Shown piece after piece: positions 30,129 to 39,744 of a stretch of 49,202 nt of DNA. Numbering within the stretch: the stretch's first letter is position 1; every line of letters begins with the position of its first letter. Location: the NCBI GenBank assembly GCA_016934975.1, contig JAFGRV010000402.1, positions 1 to 49,202 on the forward strand, written 5' to 3'. The notes beneath the pieces were generated by a model. It saw only the letters and a list, made by a program, of their open reading frames with translations. It did no database searches and was not told the DNA's origin. A program made the translations under genes and the position numbers. This stretch comes from Spirochaetales bacterium (lineage in GTDB: Bacteria; Spirochaetota; Spirochaetia; SZUA-6; JAFGRV01).

Positions 30129-32075
30129 CTATTGTAAAGACGCCAATTCGTTCAATTCCTCTTCAATCTTTTCCCACCGGGCGAGGAACTCCTCATATTC
30201 ATGTTGTTTTACCCGTATTTTTTCCTTCACTTCTTTTACTTTTTCACCGTCCGTATATATTGATTCCTCCGAAAGAAGGAGTTCCAGCGCCTCAATTTCT
30301 TTCTGTGCAGTCTCCGATCGATGCAGCACCATTTCCTCCTCTTCTTTAAGGTTTTTTAGTCTGTTTTTCCGCTTTTTATCTTCTTCATGGGTGATGGTAC
30401 TCTTTTTTATTTCTTTCGGTTTTAATTCCTCTGCCCCTGATGTAGTATCTCCTTCTCCTTTTTCCATCTCTGCTCTTCTGTAAAGATAATATTCATAGTC
30501 CCCGTAATAAAGCCGCCCATTCCCTTCCCGCAATTCAAGAACTTTTGTCGCAAGGCTTTGAATAAAATAGCGGTCATGAGAAACAAAAATCAGGGTCGCC
30601 GAGTAGTTTTTAAGGGCATCGAGAAGAATATTTTTTGATACCATATCAAGATGATTTGTCGGCTCATCCAGCAGAAGGAGATTCGCGGGGTGCATAAGGA
30701 GCTTAAGAAGAAGAATCCTGCTTTTTTCCCCGCCGCTTAAGACCGAGATCGATTTATGGATATCATCTCCTGTAAAAAGAAAGGACCCGAGGAGATTCCG
30801 GAGATGGGGAATCAGGGGTGTCGGGGCCAGGGATTCAAACTCTTCTATTATACTTAAGGTTGATGGTGTTTCTTCTATCTGGTCCTGTGAAAAATAACCG
30901 GTGGATACATTTTTACCATGGACAACGGATCCCGAATCCGGGGTCTCCAGACCGGATAATATCCGCATGAGGGTGGATTTTCCGGCACCATTAGGACCGG
31001 CAAGGACAAGTCGTTCACCCCGGGTGATGGTGAGATTGATATTATTAAGTGCCTGGATATTTCCGTACGACTTATTTACATCTTTTACTTCAAGAACAAT
31101 ATCCCCGGATCGCGGGGGGGGTAAAAACGAAAAATGAATTGACCGGGAGCCCGGGGGTTTTTCCAGGAGCTCCATATTTTTCAGGTATTGAATTCTGCTC
31201 TGAACCAGCTTGGCCTTGGAAGAATTATATCTGAACCGCTTGATAAAGAGCTCCACCTTTGCGATCTCATCCTGCTGTTGATTATAGGCATCCATGGCCC
31301 GTGCCATCTGTTCGGTCATCTTCTTCTCATACTCGGAATAATTTCCCGTATAAAACGATACTTTCCGTAAATAGATTTCCGCGATCCGGTTTACCGTGGT
31401 ATCGAGAAAAAACCGGTCATGGGAAACAATCAGGATTCCCCCGGTATATGAGACGAGGTAATCTTCAAGCCATGTCCGTGCTTCGATGTCGAGATAATTT
31501 GTCGGTTCATCCAGAAGCATGATATCGGGGCGTTCCAGGAGAACTTTTGCCAGGGCTATCCTCATCTGCCATCCGCTGGAAAATTGATTAATCGGTTTTA
31601 TAAAATCTTTTTCAGAAAATCCAAGACCTGTCAGTACTTTATGGATAATGGCATCCCGTGTATAGTAATTACTTTGCATGATTCTTTCATGCAGATAATT
31701 ATAATGTTCAAGCAAAAGAGCGGTTTCAGGTGTTTCTTTTACACTGGTCCCGAGTTTTTCCTCGCACGCTTTCATTTCTTCTATAACCGGGTTCATTTCA
31801 TCAAAGGCTTTTTCCGCCCCGGCCCGGACTGATATGTCGGGAAATGAAATCCCGGACTGGGGAAGATATGATACCCTGGTATCCTTTCCAATGGTCACCT
31901 TCCCGCTGTCAGGTTTGATTTCACCGGCGATAATCCTCATGAGAGTAGATTTCCCGCTTCCATTCGCGCCGGAAAGTGCTATCCGGTCACCTGTTGAAAT
32001 CGAGAAGTTTACCTCTTCAAGGAGTTGCCTGGGGCCAAAGGAAATTGAAATACCTGCAAGATGTACGGAAGACAT
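30129..32075 (-). CDS. ABC-F family ATPase
   Basis: Two ABC domains (GANGSGKST, GPNGAGKST, LDEPTN twice), no TM segments and a C-terminal coiled coil. Confidence 0.93.
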   Translation of the reverse strand: MSSVHLAGISISFGPRQLLEEVNFSISTGDRIALSGANGSGKSTLMRIIAGEIKPDSGKVTIGKDTRVSYLPQSGISFPDISVRAGAEKAFDEMNPVIEEMKACEEKLGTSVKETPETALLLEHYNYLHERIMQSNYYTRDAIIHKVLTGLGFSEKDFIKPINQFSSGWQMRIALAKVLLERPDIMLLDEPTNYLDIEARTWLEDYLVSYTGGILIVSHDRFFLDTTVNRIAEIYLRKVSFYTGNYSEYEKKMTEQMARAMDAYNQQQDEIAKVELFIKRFRYNSSKAKLVQSRIQYLKNMELLEKPPGSRSIHFSFLPPPRSGDIVLEVKDVNKSYGNIQALNNINLTITRGERLVLAGPNGAGKSTLMRILSGLETPDSGSVVHGKNVSTGYFSQDQIEETPSTLSIIEEFESLAPTPLIPHLRNLLGSFLFTGDDIHKSISVLSGGEKSRILLLKLLMHPANLLLLDEPTNHLDMVSKNILLDALKNYSATLIFVSHDRYFIQSLATKVLELREGNGRLYYGDYEYYLYRRAEMEKGEGDTTSGAEELKPKEIKKSTITHEEDKKRKNRLKNLKEEEEMVLHRSETAQKEIEALELLLSEESIYTDGEKVKEVKEKIRVKQHEYEEFLARWEKIEEELNELASLQ

Positions 32076-32077
32076 TT

Positions 32078-33499
32078 TTAACTCTTATTAAATGTAAAAA
32101 AGATAACAATTGGGTTCAAATCCGTATCTACAATTCTTCTTTCTGCGACCGAATCTGCTTTCACGGAGAAGAGCCTCAATCCGTTTTCCGCTATTTCATA
32201 GAGAAAATTGATGCCGCCATTTGAGGTGCCTTTAAAATAAAACGTAATCACTCCATCGTATTTATCTTTTAATGCAGAAGAAATATTATACGGAAAGTCT
32301 ATGCGTCCTCTCCCGGAATTCTCATTGGGAATGACCGCCGGGATAAGTTTATCAAATCCGCTCCAGGTAAAGGTTTTATCTTCTTTTAATACAATTGTAC
32401 CATACGCTGAACTGGTGAGGACGGAACCCCGCAGAAATATATTCTCATACCGGGCTTCCCGTCTTTTCAATTCATTCTCGATAAGGGTATCGATATCCGC
32501 TCCGATTTTTCTATAAAGGGTATTTACCTGCCCTTCGTCTGTTGTATAGGTAACGGATATCCGGTAATTCGAATAAATCTCGATCCGCAAATCGGCTCCC
32601 ACAAACGAATAAATACCGCTCCGTACTTCCGTGATAGCCGTATACTCAAAAACATACGACTTCTCTGCCGTGGAGATAATAATCCGCTTTGCTTCGGGTT
32701 CCGGAAAAAGTCCGATTGTACTTTTAAACCTCGAGAGGTTATAGGAATTGCTGTTTATCATTTCACTAAAGTAAGCAGGTCTCCACACATTCTCCAAAAG
32801 ATTCAGTAACGGATCCTCACCGCTCTCGGATTCCGATCTTTGAGCAATTTCCTGTTCCGGGTCCCCTTTCGTCTGAAAGATTTCCAGAAAATAACCGAAA
32901 CAATATCCCCTTCCCCCGAGGAGCTGATACTGCCCATCCGGTCCGATGCCCTGGTATTCCAGGAGTACCTGATACCAGTAATCCGACATTTCATCGATCT
33001 CTACCTTTTTTTCGCTTTTCCCGAGGATTTTTATAGGCTGATATGCCCTGGGTTTGCAGATAATTTTCACCCCCCCCGAGTTCTCCGCGAGTTCACGCAC
33101 CGGGGGTACACCATCTTTCAGCGAATATGCGTAGAGGGAAGAATACTGTGCGTATTCATCTGCAAATAGCGCCGCTTCCTTCTCCGAATTAAAAATCTCA
33201 AGACGCCACTTTTTTATGGCAATTTCGTCTTTCGGTTTTTCCTTAAAAACAATGTAAGCGTTCCGGATAATTGATTCTGAAAGTATCTTTACCACATCAC
33301 CGTTAACCAATCCGCTCTCTTTTTCCGCCCAGAGAACAACTCCGTACCCTTCGATATGAGGTCCGCAGCTTGTTACCATCATGAAAACGAGGAATAAAAA
33401 AAGATATATGCACACAAGAAAAGAGTGAATTCGCCTCTTTTTGCTATCGACCGTTACATTGTTATATGTTGATATACGGGAATATCGTTTCATTTTCAT
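32078..33499 (-). CDS. Putative lipoprotein with SH3-like domain(s), spirochaete type; start uncertain
   Basis: Hydrophobic stretch ending VTSC; SH3b-like motif VRE...WYQV...GYCFGY. Confidence 0.6.
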   Translation of the reverse strand: MKMKRYSRISTYNNVTVDSKKRRIHSFLVCIYLFLFLVFMMVTSCGPHIEGYGVVLWAEKESGLVNGDVVKILSESIIRNAYIVFKEKPKDEIAIKKWRLEIFNSEKEAALFADEYAQYSSLYAYSLKDGVPPVRELAENSGGVKIICKPRAYQPIKILGKSEKKVEIDEMSDYWYQVLLEYQGIGPDGQYQLLGGRGYCFGYFLEIFQTKGDPEQEIAQRSESESGEDPLLNLLENVWRPAYFSEMINSNSYNLSRFKSTIGLFPEPEAKRIIISTAEKSYVFEYTAITEVRSGIYSFVGADLRIEIYSNYRISVTYTTDEGQVNTLYRKIGADIDTLIENELKRREARYENIFLRGSVLTSSAYGTIVLKEDKTFTWSGFDKLIPAVIPNENSGRGRIDFPYNISSALKDKYDGVITFYFKGTSNGGINFLYEIAENGLRLFSVKADSVAERRIVDTDLNPIVIFFTFNKS

Positions 33500-33841
33500 T
33501 AATATTATAGACCATACTTCTCTCTTTTAGTCAATACCCCTGAAGAGAGAAAACCAACAGAATGTCAGAAGCAGTTATTTATTGCATAAAAACAGTCAAG
33601 GGTGCTGCATTTTTATATAAAATTCAATTGACATTCTAAAGATTACATGGTTTGAATTTAAGCGAAAAAAATACACGATGTGTGAAAAATTACTTTCAAA
33701 ACTCTGATAGTCGTGATGGCATGAGTTATAATATAAAAAAAAGGGACAATTGTTTGACAACCTATGCTTTACAGAAGGACGCATCCGGAAAGACAAAAAA
33801 ACAAATGCACCCGGATTTTTTATACCGGAGAGGAGCAATAA

Positions 33842-35071
33842 GTGACTGATTTAGAAAAGATTTTTCAAGTAATCGAAAAAAACAGAAACAATATGATAAC
33901 CTTACAGAAGGAGCTTACGAAAGTACCTGCCATGGCGCCTCAAAATGGAGGAGACGGAGAGTGGGAAAAAAGCCAGGTCCTTATGCAATGGCTGGACAAG
34001 TGCGGAATACCTAATGTCGAAAGAATAAACGCGATTGATGAGCGTGTCAGTTCAGGTCGCAGACCGAATATTATCGCTACAATTCCGGGAGAATCAACGG
34101 ATAAAACATTCTGGATAATGACACATCTCGATGTTGTGCCGCCGGGCGATACAAAATTATGGGATTCGGATCCCTTTACTGTCATAGAAAAAAAAGGCTG
34201 TCTTATCGGACGGGGAGTGGAAGATAATCAACAAAGTCTTATAGCGTCACTTTATGCGGCTGCATCGATATTGGAAGCAGGATTTATGCCCCATTATACG
34301 GTTAAGCTTCTTTTTGTTGCAGATGAAGAGACAGGGTCTGAATATGGTATTAAATATCTTTTAGACAATTATAAACTCTTTCGCAAAAAAGACTTTATCT
34401 TAGTACCGGATGGCGGAAATGAACAAGGGACAATGATAGAGATCGCTGAAAAGAGCATCCTCTGGTTACAATTCCGTACAGTCGGAAGACAGTGTCATGC
34501 ATCAGCCCCGGATCACGGAATTAATGCCTTTTTAGCGGCTTCCGAGCTTGTATTACAATTGAACAAGCTCAATGAAGAATATAAAGAAGAAGACCCGATA
34601 TTCGATCCGCCGGTTTCCACGTTTTCACCTACAAAGAAAGAGGCAAATGTGCCGAATGTAAATACAATCCCGGGGGATGATATTTTCTACATGGATTGCC
34701 GGATTCTCCCGTCAATCGATCTGGATCAAGTATTGCAGAGAATCACGGAAATCATGAGCCACATCGACAAAAAATACGGAGTTCAATCAGCCTATACAAT
34801 TATTCAAAGGGCTTCCTCCCCTGCAACCCCGGCTGATGCTCCGATTGTCCACACCCTCAAGCATGCGATTAAAAATATCTACAATGTCGAGGGTAAAGAA
34901 AAAGGTATCGGCGGTGGTACTGTGGCAGCGCCTTTACGAAGGAAAGGGTATGATACTGTTGTCTGGTCTAAAATAGACGATACGGCACATTCCCCGAATG
35001 AATACTGTGTTATCGATAATATGGTCGGTGATTCAAAAGTAATGGCAGATATAATGATGAAAGGCATTTAA
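33842..35071 (+). CDS. M20 family metallo-hydrolase (DapE/ArgE-like)
   Basis: HLDVVP, GRGVEDN, DEE, HAS and AHSPNE; GTG start with AGGAG SD. Confidence 0.9.
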   Translation: MTDLEKIFQVIEKNRNNMITLQKELTKVPAMAPQNGGDGEWEKSQVLMQWLDKCGIPNVERINAIDERVSSGRRPNIIATIPGESTDKTFWIMTHLDVVPPGDTKLWDSDPFTVIEKKGCLIGRGVEDNQQSLIASLYAAASILEAGFMPHYTVKLLFVADEETGSEYGIKYLLDNYKLFRKKDFILVPDGGNEQGTMIEIAEKSILWLQFRTVGRQCHASAPDHGINAFLAASELVLQLNKLNEEYKEEDPIFDPPVSTFSPTKKEANVPNVNTIPGDDIFYMDCRILPSIDLDQVLQRITEIMSHIDKKYGVQSAYTIIQRASSPATPADAPIVHTLKHAIKNIYNVEGKEKGIGGGTVAAPLRRKGYDTVVWSKIDDTAHSPNEYCVIDNMVGDSKVMADIMMKGI

Positions 35072-35235
35072 TTGTCCGGGAATTTCGATTTTTCTATAAT
35101 CTAACAAGAATTATATTCAAAGACAAAAAAGTATGGACTTTTGTACGTACTTTCAGGTTGATTTATCAGTAGTTGTTGTAGTGTGAATAATTTTAATTAA
35201 CCTTGAGTCAGTTTATTTTAAACTTTGTTCCTAAA

Positions 35236-35463
35236 TCAGCCTGCTTTTGAATTGCTCTTCCATGCAATTTTAGGTCTTAAATGACGAGTTGCACAATCAG
35301 CTAAAAATAGATTAATCAAATTTTGATACGGAATTCCCGTTTCGTTGGATAATTCCTTAAAATAATTGATTGTTTCAATATCAAGACGAATCGATATTTG
35401 TTGTTTTAGCTTTTTTGTGTATGGATTCTTAATTGAATTTGAAAAATCATATCCTTCTTTCAT
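35236..35463 (-). CDS. brnA: BrnA/CopG-like antitoxin
   Basis: MKEGYDFS...KNPY...ISIRLD...GIPYQNLIN; ATGA overlap with the toxin gene. Confidence 0.88.
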   Translation of the reverse strand: MKEGYDFSNSIKNPYTKKLKQQISIRLDIETINYFKELSNETGIPYQNLINLFLADCATRHLRPKIAWKSNSKAG

Positions 35464-35750
35464 AATATACCTCCATAATATTGTGATTCATGTTTATTTG
35501 CTTGCCGAGCAGATATTATTCTTATAATTTCTTGTTTTTTACGATAACAATGAGATACTATTATTAATCTCAATTTATAACTTAATCCCAAAAGGATGTA
35601 TCTATCTTCATTTTCCAAATGGTCCGGATCATAGATGACTCTTGCATTACAATCATAAAATGCAGTTTTTGCTTCCTCAAAAGTTATGCCATGTTTACGG
35701 ATATTTGAATGTTCTTTTTTTTGATCCCATTCAAATTGTATATATTTCAT
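35460..35750 (-). CDS. brnT: BrnT family ribonuclease toxin
   Basis: FEWD..K...N..KHGITFEEA, EDR and IRIISAR.A. Confidence 0.93.
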   Translation of the reverse strand: MKYIQFEWDQKKEHSNIRKHGITFEEAKTAFYDCNARVIYDPDHLENEDRYILLGLSYKLRLIIVSHCYRKKQEIIRIISARQANKHESQYYGGIL

Positions 35751-35756
35751 AATTAT

Positions 35757-35785
35757 ATTGTATATACAATTTTAATTATTGTCAA
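35757..35785 (-). promoter_or_regulatory. Sigma70 promoter with an overlapping palindromic operator, giving a leaderless brnT mRNA
   Basis: TTGACA-17-TACAAT-6 nt-ATG; palindrome attgtatatacaat at 35757-35770. Confidence 0.75.
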
Positions 35786-35857
35786 GAAAAGAAAGCGGTA
35801 GTATTTTTTTGATTTGGTAAAAGGCAATTCTTTAGTTAGTTTGTTATGAGTATTTCT

Positions 35858-36754
35858 TTATTGTTGAGGATCAATAATGATAAGAATTCTCCCCTGCTGG
35901 AGCATTTTCCTGTTTTTTTCGCTGGTTAAGAGTTTTTTAACAACTTCATTGGAAAGGGTAAGATCACAATTATTTTTTCCGAATACCTGATGTGCCATTG
36001 TCTTTAAGGGATAGAGACCGGTCCTCTTTATAAACTCACTCTCCCCGGTGGTTTCCGCATATGCTACCATGCCCCATTTTTTAAGATAACCGGGATCACA
36101 CATCCATTTATCCAATACGATGTTCGTTTCCTCGTCATAGAGAACAGGAAAAAGAGCAGGCTCTACAGATACACGTTTATTGGTACCATACGAAAGATAT
36201 GTGCCTTTTGCATAAATAATGAGTCCGGTGTACTCCATGGTCGGAATAAATCCGATTTCCTTATTAAGAGGTTCAGGGTAATCATGATGCAAAAACAGGG
36301 AAATAATCCCTTTTTCCGAATAAACGGGAAAAGAATAATAGACAAAGGTTTGTTTAAAATCTTGTGATTGATATGCTCCTTCGTGTAAACCATATATATA
36401 AAAATTCTTAAGAGAACGGATACTATCGGCTTTTTCAATCACCAGATCACGAATGGTATGTGCCGAATCAACATATATATCCAGGACAGAATTAAGAAAA
36501 ATATCCGGTAATTTTTCCCGTATATATCTCTCTACCAGATATTTATTATCCGGGGTAAAATTTTGTTTTATATCATTCTGTTTTACTATTTTTACATGGA
36601 GGATTCCATTCCACCAATCAATTGTTCTTTCCAGGGAAATCTCGCTTTCATCGGGTAAGGAAAGACGAGTACTCGTGCTTTCATCTGCCGTAAGAGTAAC
36701 AGCGATAAAAGACAGAAAGACAAGGATAATAAATAAAACAAATTTTTTATTCAC
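35858..36754 (-). CDS. Hypothetical exported protein
   Basis: 298-aa ORF with a signal peptide; C-terminal YTGLIIYAKG...PALFPVLYDE motif; function not recognised. Confidence 0.7.
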   Translation of the reverse strand: MNKKFVLFIILVFLSFIAVTLTADESTSTRLSLPDESEISLERTIDWWNGILHVKIVKQNDIKQNFTPDNKYLVERYIREKLPDIFLNSVLDIYVDSAHTIRDLVIEKADSIRSLKNFYIYGLHEGAYQSQDFKQTFVYYSFPVYSEKGIISLFLHHDYPEPLNKEIGFIPTMEYTGLIIYAKGTYLSYGTNKRVSVEPALFPVLYDEETNIVLDKWMCDPGYLKKWGMVAYAETTGESEFIKRTGLYPLKTMAHQVFGKNNCDLTLSNEVVKKLLTSEKNRKMLQQGRILIIIDPQQ

Positions 36755-36839
36755 CTTTTATTTTTTCGGCTCCTGAAGGATGAAATGTATTAAAATCTTT
36801 CTTAATGAGACCATAATTGCGGAGTGCAGACATCAGCTC

Positions 36840-37505
36840 TTAAACACAGGTTTTACAGCCATTATTTACAAAGACTTCTATCGCCTTAATCGCTTTTTCC
36901 GCATCCTTCCCGGTGGCGATAAACTCCAGAGCCTCACCTTTGCATGCGGCAAGGGTAAGAATCCCGAGAACTGATTTTACATTCATGTATTTCTTCCCAT
37001 TAAGAATAAAATTGTAATGCTCCATGCCATCTTTATGCACATAGACATCACAATCAAACTTACTGGTGAGGGTTGCAAGGGTTGATGAGGGCCTCATATG
37101 CAAACCTTTCGCATTTTGAACGACAGTTTGTGTTGATAAAAATCCGTTTTCCTGCAAGGATTCTTTTTCCTGTCTCCAGATATGAGCATAAATACCCATC
37201 CATTCTTCCGCGGCATCATTCTCACTTAATGTATATCCCGCCTCCTGAGACCTTGTCTGCATATATTTTTTTATCTCTTCGAGCTGCTCGTAATTCTCTT
37301 TCTTCTGCTTTTCCTTAATCCAGGTATCTTTATAATGGCTTACAAAATCCTTGATCGCATCTTCTATGCTTACTTCCTGTCCCTGCTTTTGTGACATGAA
37401 ATATTTATGATCCTCGATCGCTTTAAGTTCCGCCGGAGAAAGATCAATTTCTTTAATAGTACTAAACAACTTGCTACCTCCCCACAGGTCTACAACATTT
37501 TCCAT
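36840..37505 (-). CDS. HPr phosphocarrier fused to a duplicated DUF4032-like N-terminal region
   Basis: C-terminal GLHMRPS and NVKSVLGILTL. N-terminal repeats IEDHKYFMSQ..G.EVS..DAI.DF and IKKYM..RSQ..GY.LS..DAA.EW. Confidence 0.8.
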   Translation of the reverse strand: MENVVDLWGGSKLFSTIKEIDLSPAELKAIEDHKYFMSQKQGQEVSIEDAIKDFVSHYKDTWIKEKQKKENYEQLEEIKKYMQTRSQEAGYTLSENDAAEEWMGIYAHIWRQEKESLQENGFLSTQTVVQNAKGLHMRPSSTLATLTSKFDCDVYVHKDGMEHYNFILNGKKYMNVKSVLGILTLAACKGEALEFIATGKDAEKAIKAIEVFVNNGCKTCV

Positions 37506-37854
37506 AGTTGCCTGTGTTTAAGGACTTCCTCTAATCTTAAATTTAACACATTTTTATCATAAAAAACCAGTATCTTCTATAACAATGATCGGATTTTTCA
37601 TGAAATGTAATAAATTAAATTGCATTAAATATTATTCTGTTACCCGGCCAGGTACTTTAAATATGTTTTTTTAATAATCTCATCTCATTCTATTTACAAT
37701 CAAGTGACAAAAATCCTTTTCACTGTTAAAATATACTCAAAATAGTAAAAAAAGTGAATAAAATTATAAAAGAGATTTGTGCAAAAAAATATCAATTATA
37801 TCAATTAATAATAGATTTTTGCAGAGGCTCATAAAGAGGTAAAATCAAGAAGAA

Positions 37855-39393
37855 ATGAAAGCAGTTATTGTTATTCCGCCACTCCATGATTTCTATTTTA
37901 CACCCCACAGATTTTCCGGTTTAGGCCCCTTAAGCCTTGCCCGGATACTAAAAGATCAGAAAATTGATATCGAGTACATAAATCTCCCCCTTTTACATAA
38001 AAAAGGAACAAGGATCGGGATTCCATCACTACTTTCCTACCTCACTCCTTACGTTCTCCGGAATGAAACCGGGAAGCTCTCTTTTTTTACCCAGTATCAT
38101 CATTACGGACCGGGTTTTAGGGACTCCGCGGCTCTCATCACTTCGAAACACCCCTCTCTGGTCTTTATTTCATGTTTTGCTTTCTGTTACGGAGATCAAA
38201 CCCTGAGCTTATGCACGGAAATAAAGAAAAGAAATCCCGGACTTCCGGTGATTGTTGGCGGTCCGGGGGTGAGTGTCTATCCGGAGTATTTTTTACAGGA
38301 TACAAACATAGATTTCATTCTTACAGGAGATGCGGAGGTAAGCGTTCCCTTGTTTATAAAAGCTTTTTGTCACAAGGAAATTCCTTTTTCAGATGTACCA
38401 AATCTCATCCGGCAGGAAAACCGGCACATTTCCTCTAGCGGGATCAAAAAAAAGGGCAAAAGTGAGGAATTACTCTTCACATGGGCAGCCACAGCCGAAA
38501 CGAAAAAGAAGCTATATATCTCCACAAGTCTTATGAGAGGATGTACAAAAAAATGCCGTTTTTGCACTCATTGGGCGGAAAATGAAGTGAGAACAATTCC
38601 TGAAAAAAATATTATTTCGGGAATCGAAGATATAAAAAAAGAAACAGCAGGTAAAGAAAAAGAGATTTCACTCATTTTTGAGGATGATAATCTTCTTCTA
38701 AAACCGGATTATTTCTTTACAATATTATCACATTTTAAAAAACAACTTTCCATGAACTCTTTTTTTGTTGAACCCGGAATTGATTATACCCTTCTTACCC
38801 CTGAATTATTAAAAAAACTCATTCATTGTGGTCTTAAAAGAATCAACATCTCTCTCGGATCCACAAATACCGCGATACTTACCGCGGAAAAACGAACTTT
38901 TAACCTTTCATTGTATGAAAAGTTAATGACTATACTTAAAGAAAAAAACATCCCATCAATTACCTACTTTATTTGCGGATTTATCGGGGATACAAAAGAA
39001 ATTGTGGCTCAAAATCTTGCATATATTTCACAAAAACCGACACTCTGCGGAATCTCTTTGTTTTATCCCGTACCCGGTCTTCCGGATTTTCAGGATTATT
39101 CCCTGTTTCCCACCGGATCTTCCAATAAATGCGCCGGATCATCAGCATATCCATGGAATAATTCTCTTTCTACGGAAACACTTGTCACGGCGTTCCGGCT
39201 CAGCAGATACGGTAATTTCCTCAAGCAAGACCCGTCAACCATAGGTGAGGAAGAGCTGCTTGCTATCATAAAGAAGAATAAACAATTGCATACCATAATA
39301 AAAGAAAAAAATAAAAAACGAATTATCAGGGTTCCGAATACGGACAGGGAACTTGAGTATCTTTATTTTAATTTCATGGGAAAAAGCACGTAA
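37855..39393 (+). CDS. Cobalamin-binding radical SAM protein
   Basis: B12-binding region (VIVGGPGVS, GDAE), RGCTKKCRFC and FEDDN. Confidence 0.85.
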   Translation: MKAVIVIPPLHDFYFTPHRFSGLGPLSLARILKDQKIDIEYINLPLLHKKGTRIGIPSLLSYLTPYVLRNETGKLSFFTQYHHYGPGFRDSAALITSKHPSLVFISCFAFCYGDQTLSLCTEIKKRNPGLPVIVGGPGVSVYPEYFLQDTNIDFILTGDAEVSVPLFIKAFCHKEIPFSDVPNLIRQENRHISSSGIKKKGKSEELLFTWAATAETKKKLYISTSLMRGCTKKCRFCTHWAENEVRTIPEKNIISGIEDIKKETAGKEKEISLIFEDDNLLLKPDYFFTILSHFKKQLSMNSFFVEPGIDYTLLTPELLKKLIHCGLKRINISLGSTNTAILTAEKRTFNLSLYEKLMTILKEKNIPSITYFICGFIGDTKEIVAQNLAYISQKPTLCGISLFYPVPGLPDFQDYSLFPTGSSNKCAGSSAYPWNNSLSTETLVTAFRLSRYGNFLKQDPSTIGEEELLAIIKKNKQLHTIIKEKNKKRIIRVPNTDRELEYLYFNFMGKST

Positions 39394-39639
39394 TAAACAA
39401 TTTATAATTTTACTCATCCCGCTAAAAAAAATAGTCTTGACAGAATGAACCTGAATGCATAGGGTTAATAGTATGTAAGCTAAACAATATTTTCGAAGGG
39501 CTTTGTATAATTAATGTGTGTTCTTTATTGCTAAAGTTTGTTTTTTATTACTAAGATGTGGTCTTTCTTACGAAACAACAAAATATACGGAAAATAGTAA
39601 CGAAAGAATAACACAAGGACGATATAAAAGGAGTATGTA

Positions 39640-39744
39640 ATGTATACTCATTTCCTGCAATCTGAAAATTATTCGATATTTTTCAGGGACATCACATGCA
39701 GGTTATTACCAATAAGAAATCAAATTAAAATAAGGAGAATCTAA
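39640..39744 (+). CDS. Putative 34-aa leader/uORF coupled to the first operon gene
   Basis: AAGGAG SD; MYTHFLQSENYSIFFRDITCRLLPIRNQIKIRRI; TAATG overlap at 39742-39746. Confidence 0.35.
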   Translation: MYTHFLQSENYSIFFRDITCRLLPIRNQIKIRRI

